Source: Rebecca billardiae RCC1528 (lineage: Eukaryota; Protista; Haptophyta). From it: a stretch of DNA of 64,000 nucleotides. Below, piece by piece: positions 15,401-27,380 of the stretch. A model generated the notes under the pieces. It ran no database searches, had not been told where the DNA came from, and worked only from the letters and a program-made list of their open reading frames with translations. The translations under genes and the position numbers were made by a program. Position 1 is the stretch's first letter; every line of letters begins with the position of its first letter. The DNA lies in assembly GCA_965240325.2 (NCBI GenBank), contig OZ251236.1, forward strand, positions 1 through 64,000, in the 5' to 3' direction.

Positions 15401-16671
15401 CGCCGGTAACGGCCGCGACAGCTCGAGCCTGGGGCGCGGGCAGCCCGTGCGGGCCTGCTCGAGCATGCCGCGGGGTGCCACGCCCTCAAGTCGGCCGCGG
15501 CGCCGCGTGCTGCGCCGAGGTCGGCGACGAACCCAGCCAAGCCGCACTGCACGGGGGCGCGAGCGAGCGCACCCGGCAGCGCCACTCGGCACGGCTCCGG
15601 ACGCAGCCTCGGTGCTGCAGCGCCGCAGCCCGAGCGGCATGGCTCGCTGTCGTCGCGTGCGCCCTCGCACGGGCAGCTTGACTACTACTACCGAGTGCTG
15701 CTGCCTCGCTTCGCACCTCACCAGGCAGAAGGCAGAGGCCAGCAACTGCCGCGTGGGCGTGGTCAGGACGCTCATCCTGGCCGTGGCGATGCGCCGAGAC
15801 TATACAAATGGCGGCGGCGGGCGCGGGCGCGGGCGATGGCTGCTTGACTAGACGATGCGCACGACTCTGTCGAGGCTAGCCCGTGGACGCCCGCCATCGC
15901 TGATCTACCGCCCAACCGCAGCACCCGAGGCTGTAGTCCGACTGCATGACGCGGAGGGCTGCCGCGGGCCGTGCCGGCCAGCCGGACGTCAGTAAGTAGC
16001 GCTCACATGACTTCCAGCGCAGGGGCCGCACCCAGGGACGGATGGGCTGCTGGATGCCCAATTTCGATCAGTAGGTCGTCGTCGTCGTCGCCCGAACGGT
16101 AGGCGGCCGCCGCTCCCGTGACTGTGCGGATTGAGCGGATCGTCATCGACGGCGCCTAGGTTCCTGCAGCCCCGGCGGTAGCGCTGATCTGCCGCCCATC
16201 TGATTATTATACGGCAGTAGCTTATTACTGTACAGCCGGCTAGCTATAGGCGTCATCCGCGACTGTCATGAGCGGGAGCACTCAGTAGTACTGCTGGCTG
16301 ACTCACTGCAGTGCACTCATCGATCAGAGTACTCATCAGCACGGTGCCAGTGGTCGGCCATCTGCAAGCCGAGGCGGCAGCGCCGAAGCCCGCGCATCAA
16401 ACGCGGCGGCATTCAGCAGCCCACGCTGGGATGCGTCGCAGAGTGTCAGCAGCAGCATCAGCCGCGGTTTACTGATTTCCGCGGCGAAGGACTCGGCTGG
16501 GCAGCGCCGAGTGTGGTCACTGGTCAGCGCCTGTAAATCGGCTGCGCCGGCCGCACTGTGATGATGATGGCCCATCAAGCGCGGGGCGAAGAGTGATCGG
16601 ACGCCTGGCAGCAGGTGATGCCTGTTAAGTACCGCGGAGGCGCGGAGGCCCGCGGTACGCCGTATAGCTAT

Positions 16672-16781
<110 letters not shown>

Positions 16782-16947
16782 TACGGCGTCGTATAGTCGT
16801 CGCAGTCAGTATATCATATCGTCATCGGATCGCCGACGATATGACGCGACGATGCTGTGGCGTGACGCTGCCGCCGCCAATTACATACAACTCGCTGGCG
16901 CCGACCAGCAGCCCTGGGACCGTGCCGCAGGCCAGCGGCGGCGCGCG

Positions 16948-18393
16948 TCAGCGGCCGCGCGGGTACGCGACCAGCGGCGGCGCGGGAGCGACGCCCTCGT
17001 CGCCACTCCGGCTGCTGCTCCCATTGCTGCCCTCGCCGCCGCCCACGTCAGGTGCGTGCGAGACGCACGCCTCGGGCAGGTCGTACCCCTGGCACACAAA
17101 GTCCTGGTACAGCGCGTAGCACAGCCGCACGAGGAGCGCGTCGTCGCCGCCGCCGCCGCCCGCACCCAGCCCGAGCGCGGCGCGCAGCGTGCGCGTCTGC
17201 AGCCACGGCGGCAGCCGCTTGGCCGACGCGGCGCGCAGCGCGCCGCCCTCGCTCAGCACGGCGTCGCACGCGCCGCCGGCGGCCCTGTCGGCCGGGAGCG
17301 CGTACCGCGCGCGCAGCGCGCGCAGCTGCGGCCCCAGCCGCTCCACGCGCAGCAGCCCGACCACCGGCTCGTCCGGCGGCGGCGGCGGCGGCACCGCCGC
17401 CGCCTCGCCGCCGCCGCCCGCCGCCGCGAGCTGCGCGCGGTACAGGTGCGAGGTGGCGAACGCGGCGGCGCTGCCCAGGTGGAACTCGACGTGCAGGTTG
17501 CGCTCGGCGGGCCAGTCGCGGCGCAGGTACTTGCGCACGAGCGTGCGGCCGCACTCCACGTCCGAGACGAAGCCGTCGAGCAGCCAGCGCGCTGCGCCGA
17601 CCTCGCCGCCGCCGCGCGCGCTGCCGTTGCGCCGCAGCGCCTCTGCGCGCGCAAACCACGCGCTGTGCGCGCGGTGCTGCTTGCTGATCGGCCTGAGGGC
17701 GGCCTCGCCGTCGTACTGCAGCAGCTGCCGGTGCACCACCTCCTGCACCGCCGAGACGAACCGCGCGATCGGCTCGCGCGCGCCGAGCCACAGCACGGCG
17801 CCGCGCGGTCGGGCCGCGCCGCGCGCCGCGTACGCCACGCCCGGCAGCGCGCAGCGCAGGTGCGTGCTGAGCGTGGTCGTGCCCGCCTTGAAGACGGGCG
17901 CGACGTGCAGGCCGCGCCGCGCGCTCGAGAGCGTGTTGTCGCAGTGCGCCCACCACGTCAGCGTCGGCGGCAGCGCCGCCTCGCGCGCCGCGCGCGCCGG
18001 CCACGCCTTCATGTGCCGCGCCTCGTCCGACGCGTCGCAAAAGCCGGGCGCGACGTACGCGCGCGCCGCGCGGATGAGGGCGGCGGCGTACGCGGCGTGG
18101 CGCGAACGCGCGCACCGCGCGGGCTTGGGCCACGCCGCCGACTCGTACACCAGCGGCACGCCCGCGCGCGCCGCGTCCGCCCAGCCGACGCCGGCCGCAA
18201 ACGTGGCCGGCTGCGCGGCGAGCGCGGCCGCGTGGCGCGCGAGCGCGCGCGCGCGCGCGGCGGGCGCGGCGGCGCCCTCGTCCGTCTCGAGACGCGCGGG
18301 GCAGCGGAACCCCGCGCGCGCCCAGTCCGCGCCGCGCGCGAGGCCGAGCGCGAGCGCGAGCGCCGCCAGCGCGCGCCGGGGCGCGGCGCCCAT
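16948..18393 (-). CDS. Secretory/Golgi carbohydrate sulfotransferase (Sulfotransfer_2-like)
   Basis: N-terminal signal/anchor MGAAPRRALAALALALGLARG; 5'-PSB-like PVFKAGTTTL; 3'-PB-like REPIARFVSAV; host-like GC3 codon usage. Confidence 0.75.
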   Translation of the reverse strand: MGAAPRRALAALALALGLARGADWARAGFRCPARLETDEGAAAPAARARALARHAAALAAQPATFAAGVGWADAARAGVPLVYESAAWPKPARCARSRHAAYAAALIRAARAYVAPGFCDASDEARHMKAWPARAAREAALPPTLTWWAHCDNTLSSARRGLHVAPVFKAGTTTLSTHLRCALPGVAYAARGAARPRGAVLWLGAREPIARFVSAVQEVVHRQLLQYDGEAALRPISKQHRAHSAWFARAEALRRNGSARGGGEVGAARWLLDGFVSDVECGRTLVRKYLRRDWPAERNLHVEFHLGSAAAFATSHLYRAQLAAAGGGGEAAAVPPPPPPDEPVVGLLRVERLGPQLRALRARYALPADRAAGGACDAVLSEGGALRAASAKRLPPWLQTRTLRAALGLGAGGGGGDDALLVRLCYALYQDFVCQGYDLPEACVSHAPDVGGGEGSNGSSSRSGDEGVAPAPPLVAYPRGR

Positions 18394-19519
18394 CGTCCGT
18401 CCCCAAATAATCGAGAGAGTCAAGAGAGCTCCCGCCGAGGGAGGGATGATTTGTCCGAAGGCGTCCGGTGCCGCACGGTTTGATTCCTCTGGCGGCTTGC
18501 ACGGCTGGCGGCATCGTCGGGTGAGACCGAGAGATGGGGGCGCGGGGCGGGAAAGGTTGGGCCGCGAGCTCGCCGTCTGGACAAGCCCGCCGTCCGCGCG
18601 TGCCTGGCACGCGGCTCCGCATGCGCGGACCACGCTGTCAGAACGGCGGGCTGGCGTCCATCCAGCGACCCGAGCCAAGTCCAGACAGCCCCGCCGATGC
18701 GGCACCGGGGCCTGTCGCCGGGAGACTCAGACTCGCCGCCCTGTAGCCCTCGGACCGGTGCGGCAGGCACCACAGCAGTCGTACTCCATACCCACCCCGC
18801 CGTGTCGTTGTGCAGCATAACGCCGCGCCTGACGTGGCCCGGCCGTTCGGCCTAACCGCCAGCCGCTGCCAGTCAGGCCGCAGCGGCCGCTCCGACACGG
18901 CCGTCCGTGGCCGACCGCGCCGGTAATCATTATCACGGTACGGCGGACACTTACACTGAGCCTCGCGGTTTATCCCGGACTGATCTCGCCTGCCTGAGCA
19001 GTGTGCGTCTCTTGTTCTGAGTAAACTGTACTGCCTTACTGAATACTGATCGGGTAGTCCGCGAACGGACCGCCGGCCATCTTGCTCTCATCGATATCAC
19101 TTATCAGCACTCACTCAGCAGACGGGCTCATATCTGAGGATCGGAGTTCGGACACGATCGTCATCCGACTCATCGGACGGCGCCGCACCGCCGCTCGACG
19201 GCATGAACGGACGCTCGACGGCATGAACGGACGGGCCGAACGAATAAGTCAAATGCGCGGCTGTCTGCAGACGCTGCGGGTGATGCCGATCCGGCGGTTG
19301 CACTGCTGGTGCCATGGGCATGCGCTCGGGGTTGACGGCTGACGACTGCTGGCAGCGGCGCTGCACCGCGGCGCCGCGCAGCCTCGACCGAGTCGACCCG
19401 CGCGCCGCCGCGCGAGATCTTGATCTCGAGATCTTGATCTCGAGATCATGCTCTTCTCGAATGGTGCGCCGGGCGGCCGTGCCGCGGCTGGGCGGAGCGA
19501 CGCACTCGGTCCCCGGTGC

Positions 19520-21385
19520 TCACGCGCCGCCCACCGAGACGGCGGCGATCGCCGCCGCCTCGCTGTCCGCCGCCAGGCCGCGCTTGGGCGGCGAGCCCGG
19601 CGGCGTGCCCGCCCTGGGCGGCGTGCCCACGCGCGGCGGCGTGCCCGCCTTGGGCGGCGAGCCGGGCGGCGGCGTGCCCACGCGCGGCGGCGTGCCCACC
19701 TTGGGCGGCGAGCCCGGCGGCGGCGTGCCAACGCGAGGCGGCGTGCCGACCTTGGGCGGCGAGCCCGGCGGCGGCGTGCCGACGCGCGGCGGCGTGCCAA
19801 TCTTGGGCGGCGAGCCAGGCGGCGGCGTGCCAACGCGAGGCGGCGTCCCCACGCGCGGCGGCGTGCCCACGCGCGGCGGCGTGCCGACCTTGGGCGGCGT
19901 GCCCGGCGGCGGCGTGCCGACGCGAGGCGGCGTCCCCACGCGCGGCGGCGTCCCCACGCGCGGCGGCGTGCCAATCTTGGGCGGCGAGCCAGGCGGCGGC
20001 GTGCCGACGCGAGGCGGCGTGCCCACGCGCGGCGGCGTGCCGACGCGCGGCGGCGTGCCGGGGCGCGGCGCGGCGAGCTCGGCCTCCCACTCGGCGTACG
20101 CGTCGTGGTACGCGCGGAGGCCGCCGCCGTGCGCGACGCGCGCGGCGCGCTCCGCGTGCGCGAGCGCCTGCGCCGCGCTCCGCCCCGCGCCGCCGTCGAG
20201 CGCGTCCTCCGCGCGGCGCGCGCGGCCGGCCAGCTCGTCCGCCTCGGCGACGCGCCCCTGCGTGCCGAGCAGCAGCGCGAGGCAGCGCAGCAGCGCGAGC
20301 GGCGCGGGGTGCGCGTCGGCGGCGCCGGCGCGCTCGGGCAGCGCCGCGCGGATCCGCGCCTCTGACGCGCGCGGCTCCGCCGCCTCCGCCGCCCCGCCGG
20401 CGGCGCCGCGCTCGCGCGCGCCGGTGAGCGCGCGCAGCGCGCGCGCCGTGTCGGCGTGGCCGTCGCCGAGCGCCGCGCGCCGCGCGCGCAGCGCGCGCTC
20501 GAGCAGCGCGTCGGCGGAGGCGAGCCAGCCGCACTCGGCGTGGAGGTGGGCGAGCGCCTCCGCCGCGTCCGCCGCGGCCGCGCTCGCCTCGCCGCCCGCC
20601 GCGCCGCGCGCCTCGAGCGCGCGGCGCAGCAGCGGCTCGGCGGCCGCGCGCTCGCCCGCGCCGCGCAGCAGCCAGCCGAGCGCGGCGCACACGTCCGCGG
20701 CGGCGGCGGGGTCGGCGCGCTCGTCGAGGGCGGCGAGGCGGGCGCGGTAGTGCGCGATCGCGCCGGCGCGGCCGACGAGCAGCTCCGCCGAGCGCGCGTC
20801 CGCCACCGCCACGCCGCCGAGCTCGTCCGCCGCGAGCGCCGCCGGCCGGTGCCGGCGCGCGAGCGCGCCGGCCGCGCCGAGCTCGCGCCGCAGCGCGGCG
20901 GCGAGCTGCGCGGCGGGGAGGCGGCCGCCGCGCGGCACGGCGCACGCGGCGAAGAGCTTGTCCACGCTCGGCCGCGACAGCGGGCCGAGCACGCCGCCGA
21001 GCTGCTCCGCCGTGAGCGCCTCGGCCTCGTCAAAGGCGCCAAACGCGCGCGCGAGCGCGCCGTCGAGCGCGCCGTCGGCCGCGGCGACGAGCGCGTCGTA
21101 GAGCGCGCAGAAGGCGTCGCGGCCGAGGGGCGCGGCGGGCGGGCGGCGCTCGAACCGCGCCGCCTCCGCCTCGCCGAAGCCGCACAGCCGCAGCGCCTCG
21201 CCCACCTCGTCCGCGCGCACCGCGCCCGACTTCTCGACGACGCCCCACGCGGCGAGCGCCTCGACCGACGGGCCGCGCGGCGGGGGCGCGCGCGGGCCGG
21301 CGCGCGCGTCGGCGGCGGAGGCGGGCGCGCCCGCCTCCGCCGCCGCGGGCGCGCCGCTCGCCGCCGGCGCGTCGGCGGCGGTCAT
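19520..21385 (-). CDS. EF-hand-like + TPR (kinesin-light-chain-type) protein with a TPPR/SPPK repeat tail, 621 aa
   Basis: Degenerate calmodulin-like N-terminus (AFGAFDEAEALTAEQL); TPR-like segments AEPLLRRALEAR and LERALRARRAALGDGHADT; C-terminal tandem repeats. Confidence 0.75.
   Translation of the reverse strand: MTAADAPAASGAPAAAEAGAPASAADARAGPRAPPPRGPSVEALAAWGVVEKSGAVRADEVGEALRLCGFGEAEAARFERRPPAAPLGRDAFCALYDALVAAADGALDGALARAFGAFDEAEALTAEQLGGVLGPLSRPSVDKLFAACAVPRGGRLPAAQLAAALRRELGAAGALARRHRPAALAADELGGVAVADARSAELLVGRAGAIAHYRARLAALDERADPAAAADVCAALGWLLRGAGERAAAEPLLRRALEARGAAGGEASAAAADAAEALAHLHAECGWLASADALLERALRARRAALGDGHADTARALRALTGARERGAAGGAAEAAEPRASEARIRAALPERAGAADAHPAPLALLRCLALLLGTQGRVAEADELAGRARRAEDALDGGAGRSAAQALAHAERAARVAHGGGLRAYHDAYAEWEAELAAPRPGTPPRVGTPPRVGTPPRVGTPPPGSPPKIGTPPRVGTPPRVGTPPRVGTPPPGTPPKVGTPPRVGTPPRVGTPPRVGTPPPGSPPKIGTPPRVGTPPPGSPPKVGTPPRVGTPPPGSPPKVGTPPRVGTPPPGSPPKAGTPPRVGTPPRAGTPPGSPPKRGLAADSEAAAIAAVSVGGA
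19583..20059 (-). repeat. Coding minisatellite (GTPPRV / GTPPP / GSPPK units)
   Basis: 15- and 18-nt units with synonymous variation. Confidence 0.95.
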
Positions 21386-22191
21386 CTCCTCGGGCTTGGT
21401 GGTGGGCGCGGACCGAAAAGGGAGCGCCGCCCCCGCTCGGTTGTGCAGTGCTGGCAGTGGACGAGCAGCGGGTAGCTCTCGGCATCCGGCGTGTGGTGAT
21501 GAGTCCGGGCGCGCGCGTCCGGACGCGGCGAAGCCGGAGTCCCGAGCGTCTCGTGCGCGAACCGCCGGAGACGGAACGCGGGTACGCTACTACCCGTAAA
21601 GCATACATCAAAGTAATGAATGGAGCCGCGCTTCAGATGGAAATCCCATTTGTCTGTGACTGTGTCTCGGAAGATCTCCACCGGCGCGTCGCCTTTTGAC
21701 CATTAATGATCAAGGGAGATCGCGGCAAAAGCCGATCTCCCTTCCTGCTTTGACCACCCCAGATGCCATCACGCCGTGACACTCACCAATAGGCGATGAG
21801 CATACCTCCATTGCCGCGTCAATCATGTTTCCACGTATTCATCGGCGCTTCTCAAGCAGCAGAATTCGAATGAGCGATTGGACGTGCGGGTAGGCGCGCC
21901 GCTTGGGTAATGATACATCTATCGTTGGCTGCTCATTAGCAGGTGCCAGAATGATGTGCAATTGCCGCCGCGTCGGTGCGCCACGACTGATTCGACGTCA
22001 AGAGTAGATAGGCGATGCGTACGTGTGCACCGTGCAGCGCCCGCCCGCGGCGAAGTCCACCTGCGCGGATTCAAGGGGCGGCTCGTGCGAGCCCCCACAC
22101 CACCCGCGCCGGCTCCGCAAGCACGGAGCGGGCGGCTCGCGCTCGGCCGCGGCACGCGCCCCGCCGCGCGCGCGACGCAGCGGCTGCGAGC

Positions 22192-22811
22192 ATGCCCTAC
22201 CCGCTGGCCGCACGCCCCGCCGCCGCCGAGCCGCGGCCCGACCCGTCGGGCCGCGCCGACGAGCGCGAGGACGACGAGGGCGGCCGCGCCGCCGACGGCG
22301 GCGCGGACGAGGAGCTCGAGGGCAGCGGCGCGCGGATGAAGCGTGGATGGGGCGTGGACGAGGACGCGCGCCTCGTCGACGCCGTGCAGCGCCACGGCGA
22401 GCGCAACTGGTCGCTCATCGCGCGGCAGGTCGGCACGCGCCGCGACAAGCAGTGCCGCGAGCGCTGGTACAACCACCTCAGCCCGGCGGTGCGCAAGGGC
22501 GACTGGACGGCGGTCGAGGACGAGATGATCCTGCGCCAGGTGGGCGACTTTGGCAAGGTGCGCCGCGCGCCGCCTTGCTCCTTTCCTCGTCGCGCGCGCA
22601 CGCCGCTCACGCCCGCCCTCCCCGCCCCCCCCCCCCACTGTGCGCAGAAGTGGAGCCAGATCGCCATGGCCTTCCCCGGCCGGACGGCGCACGCCGTGAA
22701 GAACCGGTACAACCTGATCCTGCGCTGGCAGCGCTCGGTGCAGGAGCGGCGCGCGGCGGGCAACGACGACGGCTCGGGCGCGCTCCCGCCCGCGCTGCCG
22801 ACCGCGCTCTA

Positions 22812-22851
<40 letters not shown>

Positions 22852-23328
22852 GCCGCCGCCGCCGCCGCGGTCGGCCAGCCGGGCGCGCCGATGCCCGCTT
22901 CCGTGCTCGGCCCGCTCCCCGGCTCGCAGCCGCACGGCCCGCTGCCGCAGATGCCCGTGATGCAGGTCGCGCTGCCCGGCGCGCTCCCGCCTGGCGTGAT
23001 CACCGTCCAGGCGCTCGCGCCGCCGCCCGCGCACGCCGGCTCGGGCGGCGACTGGTGGCGGCAGCAGACCGGCGCGCCGCCGCCGCAGCAGCCGCGGCCG
23101 GTCGCGGTGCAGGCGCAGCCGCTCGGCGCGCAGCCGCAGCACTGGCAGCAGATGTACGCCGGCGGGCCGCCGTCGGCCGCGCACGTGGTCGGCGCCGCGC
23201 CCGGCCAGCCCATGCCGCAGTGGGCCAGCTGCGCCGTCGCGATGCCCGGGCACATGGCCGCCGTCGCGATCGCGCAGCCGCAGCCGCAGCCGCTCCCGCA
23301 GCCTGCGCTCAAGCGGCCGCCGCACTGA
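22192..23328 (+). CDS. R2R3 Myb transcription factor, 2 exons
   Basis: Myb repeats WGVDEDARL..NWSLIA..KQCRERWYNHL and WTAVEDEMIL..KWSQIA..PGRTAHAVKNRY. Intron 22558-22647 (90 nt, in frame). P/Q-rich C-terminus. Confidence 0.92.
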
Positions 23329-23677
23329 CGCGCCGCCGAGCGGCGACGAGGCCGCCGAGGGCGGCGTGCGCGGCCCCGCCGCGGCGCGTGGGCGGGCGTG
23401 GGCGAGTGCGCGGGCGGGCGTGGGCGAGTGCGCGGGCGGGGGGTTCCGCCGGGTCGACCGAGGGCGTGTCAGTGCCGCCGGGCCACTCTCTGGCCTGGTG
23501 ACTCGAGGGGATCCGCAGCGTCGGCACCCGAACACATTTTTACGACTACACGCCTTAACCAAGTGTGCACGTTAAAACATAGTAAACTGTAGTTCTACCG
23601 GTTGATAATTATGATGACGGTTCTGCGACTCCATCCGACTCAAACCGGTGTGAATACAATTGTGGGGCCGGAAGCCC

Positions 23678-23915
23678 GGCGCAGCGATTGGCTTTTAATC
23701 GCCGTGCGACTGACACGCACCCGCATCCATCGAAGAATCTTGGCTCCTTAAGCCCATTCAATGGCGCAAAGTATACATGACACCAATACTTCGCCCCAAC
23801 GAATATTCAACGAGCGAGGACGCCGCTCATGAATGATTCGATGGCTGATGCGGGCGCCGTGTGCCCTGTGAGCTGCCTGTGAGTCGGACGGCGATTAAAA
23901 GCCAATCGCTGCGCC
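23678..23915. repeat. Foldback element with 28-bp perfect inverted arms
   Basis: 23678-23705 is the exact reverse complement of 23888-23915; weaker pairing extends inward and outward. Confidence 0.85.
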
Positions 23916-24869
23916 GTGCTGAGCGGTTTGAGTGTTGATGTCGTCGAACGAAATAGGGCTCGTAATTGCGCTGGGCGGTACCTGTAACCTGATGTATGAA
24001 TACGGGACGGCGCGCCGGTGCCGCGGGCCGCGGAGCAGTGGCGTCGGGCCGCCCGGCTGACGCGTGCACGGCGCGCCCTGACCGCGCCCTGGCGGTACTT
24101 CGCCCCCGCTGCGGTCGTATGTTTGCCTCACCGGGCCCGAGCCCGGCGCCGGGGCGGCCGGCAGCCTCGCCACGGTGCCCGACCCGAAAGCCGGCGCTGA
24201 CTGAACGCCGCCGCATTGGTTAGCACGGGGCGCTTTGGCCGCCACGCTGTCCCGATCCGTTCTGCCCACCGCCGGTGCCACCGAGGCCGCCCGTCCGACT
24301 GGCGACTGGCCCGTCGTCGTTCTGAACCCGCAGCAGTCCGCGACGCCTGCAGCCAGTGCCTGCCCGCGGCGGCCCTGCCGCGCATTCACTGAGCAGGATG
24401 CGTCGATCCGTGTCCGACCGAGACCGAGTGTCCGACTGTCCGTCAGTCCGTGACGCCGTCGACAGCGACGACGGAGTCGGCGCACGGGGCGGCGGCGGGC
24501 CATCGCGCGCAGGCGGGAGCGTGGCCGCCGTGGCCGCGCAGCCTGCATGCGTGATGAGTCAGACTCAGTCGGCGCAAGGCGCGCAATCTGAATCAGACGG
24601 TGCCCCCGTACTGAAATCGACCTACAAGTAAGTATATACTGAGACGCGACCAGCAAGGTGACGACGGCATGAATATATCAGTTGTCACTGTGCCTGTGGC
24701 ATGTCGGCCATCGGCCCGCCGGCCGAGTCCGTCAGTCCGAGTGGCGAGTCGGCGCTGAAGCCTGGACTGAAATCTCACACAGACGCCGGCTGAAACGCCC
24801 ACGTCCGTGGCTCGATCTGAGGAGGTCACCCTCGCCGGCAGCCGGCGTGCGACGGCGACGCGGCAAGGG

Positions 24870-27089
24870 TCAGCCGCGGTGCGGCGGCCCGGGGCGCCGC
24901 GCGCTCGCGAGCCCCGCGCCGAACGCGCACAGCGCGACCGCGCTCCAGCCGAGCACGAGCGCCATGCCGACGCGCAGCTGGCGCAGCCGGTCGGCGCGCA
25001 CCGCCGCCATCACGCAGCCGGACAGGAAGGAGGAGAGCGCATAGCCGAGCAGGTTGGTGGCGAGCGTGCACGTGGCGGAGGCGAGCGGGCGGAGCTCGCG
25101 CGGCGCGGCGGCGAGCATCGCGCCCGTCGCCGGCGCGAGCGTCGCGCCGCCGCAGTACAGCAGCGCCCACAGGCAGCCGACCACGACCTCGAGCCGAGCG
25201 CCCACGCACGCGCCGGGCGCGGCCGCGGTCGCGCACGCCGCGAACGCGGTCGCGACGCGCATCGAGGTGAGGACGCGCGCGCGGCGGAGGGCCTCGTGGC
25301 GCGAGGCGCTGCGCGCGAGCGTGCTCGCGAGCGAGCCCGCGCGCCGCCCGCCACCGCCGCCGCCCGCCGCCGCCGCGCCGTCCGCCGCCGCCGCGCCCGC
25401 GCGCACCGCGCGCGCGCCGCGCGCGACGAGCCGGTCGCACAGCGCGCCGCCCGTGAGCACGCCGAGCACGGGCGCGCTCGCGGCGGTGGCGGCGTAGGTG
25501 GACATCGTGGCGAGCGGCGACGCGCCCACCACCTCGACCAGGTACTGCGTCGCCCAGAACTGCACGCCGTTCACCACAAAGTAGAGCGCCGAGAGCGCGC
25601 CCACGCAGCACAGGTACACGGGGCAGCGGCCCAGCGCGCGCAGCCCCGCCGCGGACGGCCACGCGGGCGCGAGCAGGTCGGGCCGCGCCGCGCCGCGCTG
25701 GTGCTGGTGCGCGTGGTGCAGCGCGTGCAGCTCGGGCAGCTCGGCCGCGGAGCCGCGCTGCGAGACCGACGGCGGCAGCGCGTCGAACGCCGCCGCCGCC
25801 TCCGCCGCCGACGGCGTGTGCGGCGCGCCGCCGTCGTCGTCGTCGTCGTCGCAGCAGCGCGGCGCGCGCGAGATGGCGGTGCCGAGGCCGTGGCGCGCGC
25901 CGGCGGAGGGCATCAGCTCGGACAACTCCGCCGCGGCGAGGTTGGCGCCGCTGTCGTACGCCCCCGCGCCGAACGCCGCCTCGGCCGCCGCCGCGTCGTC
26001 GTCGGCCGCGGCGGCCGCCGCCGCCGCCGCGGACGCGCGCGCCGACGCCGAGCGCGACGCGCCCGACGCGGCCGAGGGCGAGCGCGCGAGCTCGGGCGGC
26101 GGCGAGACGGGCTCGACGACCGCGGGCTCGTCCTCGGACAGCGCCAGCGCGCCGCCGCCGCCGCCGCGGCCGCACCGCGCACCCGCCGCCGCCGCCGGCA
26201 GCAGCAGCCGGCGCGCCGACGCCGCGCCGCGCGGTGCCTGCGCGGCCGCCCGCACGCGCCGGTCGAGCGAGAGACCCGTCGCCTCACTCGGCAGCGACGG
26301 GCGGCGCGGCGGCTGGGGCGAGGCGGGGGCCTCGGAGGGCGCGGGGCTGCTGCCCACGCTCACGCCGGGCGCGGCGGGCCGCCGCCGCGGCGTGCTCGCC
26401 CCGCTGCCCCACCCGCCCGCCGCGTTGGCGGCCGCGGCCTCGCGCTCCGCCCCGGTCGGGATGGTGAGCAGCGCGCGCGGCACCAGCAGCACGCCCAGTG
26501 CGAGCGGCAGGAGCGCGAGCGCCTGCAGCGCGAAGACGGCCCACCACGCGCCCGCGCCGAGGCGCGAGAGCACCACCGACGTGGACACGTACCCCGCCAT
26601 GATCCCCAGCGGCACCGCCGCCTGCACGTACGACAGCCAGCGCGCGCGCCACCGCGCGGGCGCAAACTCGTCCACCCACACGGGCACGTAGATGGCGACC
26701 ACGCCCTGGCAGCCGCCCGCGCCGAGGCGGGAGAGGACGAGCGGCCAGCGCGGGTGCGAGCCGTCCGCGCCGCGCCCGAGCGCCGCGAGCGCCACGAGCC
26801 CGAGCGACGCGCTCTCGCCGAGCAGCGAGAGCGCGATCGTGCGGCGCGGCCAGCGCGCGAGCAGCGGCGACGTCACGACCGACGCGCCGATCAGCCCGAC
26901 GTACGGCGCGGCGCCGACGAGGCCCTGGCCGAAGAAGCCCATGCGCAGCTCGTGCGCGATCGGCGCGAGCGCCGCGGGCACCGCGCCGTGGTCCGCGTTG
27001 AGCAGGAAGAAGAGCGCGAAGAGCGTGCCAAAGCACGCGCGCAGCTGCCACCGCGACACGCCGCCCGGCCGCGTCGTCGAGGCGGCGCT

Positions 27090-27121
<32 letters not shown>

Positions 27122-27173
27122 GCGGGAGGAAGGGCTCGCTCGCGTCGGACGGGCCGCTCTCGCGCCAGCCCAT
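24870..27173 (-). CDS. MFS transporter, spinster-like, 767 aa
   Basis: LFFLLNADHGAVPA, SRLGAGGCQG, YVPVWVDEFAP, NLLGYALS; two hydrophobic halves with a long central loop. Confidence 0.85.
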
Positions 27174-27380
27174 GCCGCCGCCCGCCGGGCACGAGTCGGG
27201 CCGGGCCGCGCGCGCGGATGCCTTGGCGGCGGCGTGCGCCTTGCCGTGAGGGGAGTCGTCGCACGCGTGCGGCCCGGACTTACTACTGTCTTGGCGCGCT
27301 GCGCAGCCAACCGTTTTGATTGGCTCGGGCCGCCGAAAGATTCAAATCCATCACCCTTCGTCAGTGGTGGCAGCAGAGGC

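Larger units (their letters stand above)
3160..15950. repeat. Subtelomeric patchwork of diverged same-orientation duplications
   Basis: Matching blocks: 3160-3405~10112-10365; 3820-4270~5720-6200~14775-15250; 4810-5460~13985-14590; 6200-6900~12680-13360~15250-15950. Shared ORFs are not preserved between copies. Confidence 0.85.

Noticed and set aside
2400-16600. Many long Arg/Ala/Pro-rich ORFs in the subtelomere
   Set aside because: Expected at this GC content; no domains, and frames are not conserved between duplicated blocks.
24807-27380. N-terminal 858 aa of the 1277-aa ORF
   Set aside because: Antisense shadow of the MFS gene; the DnaJ protein most plausibly starts at 27381.
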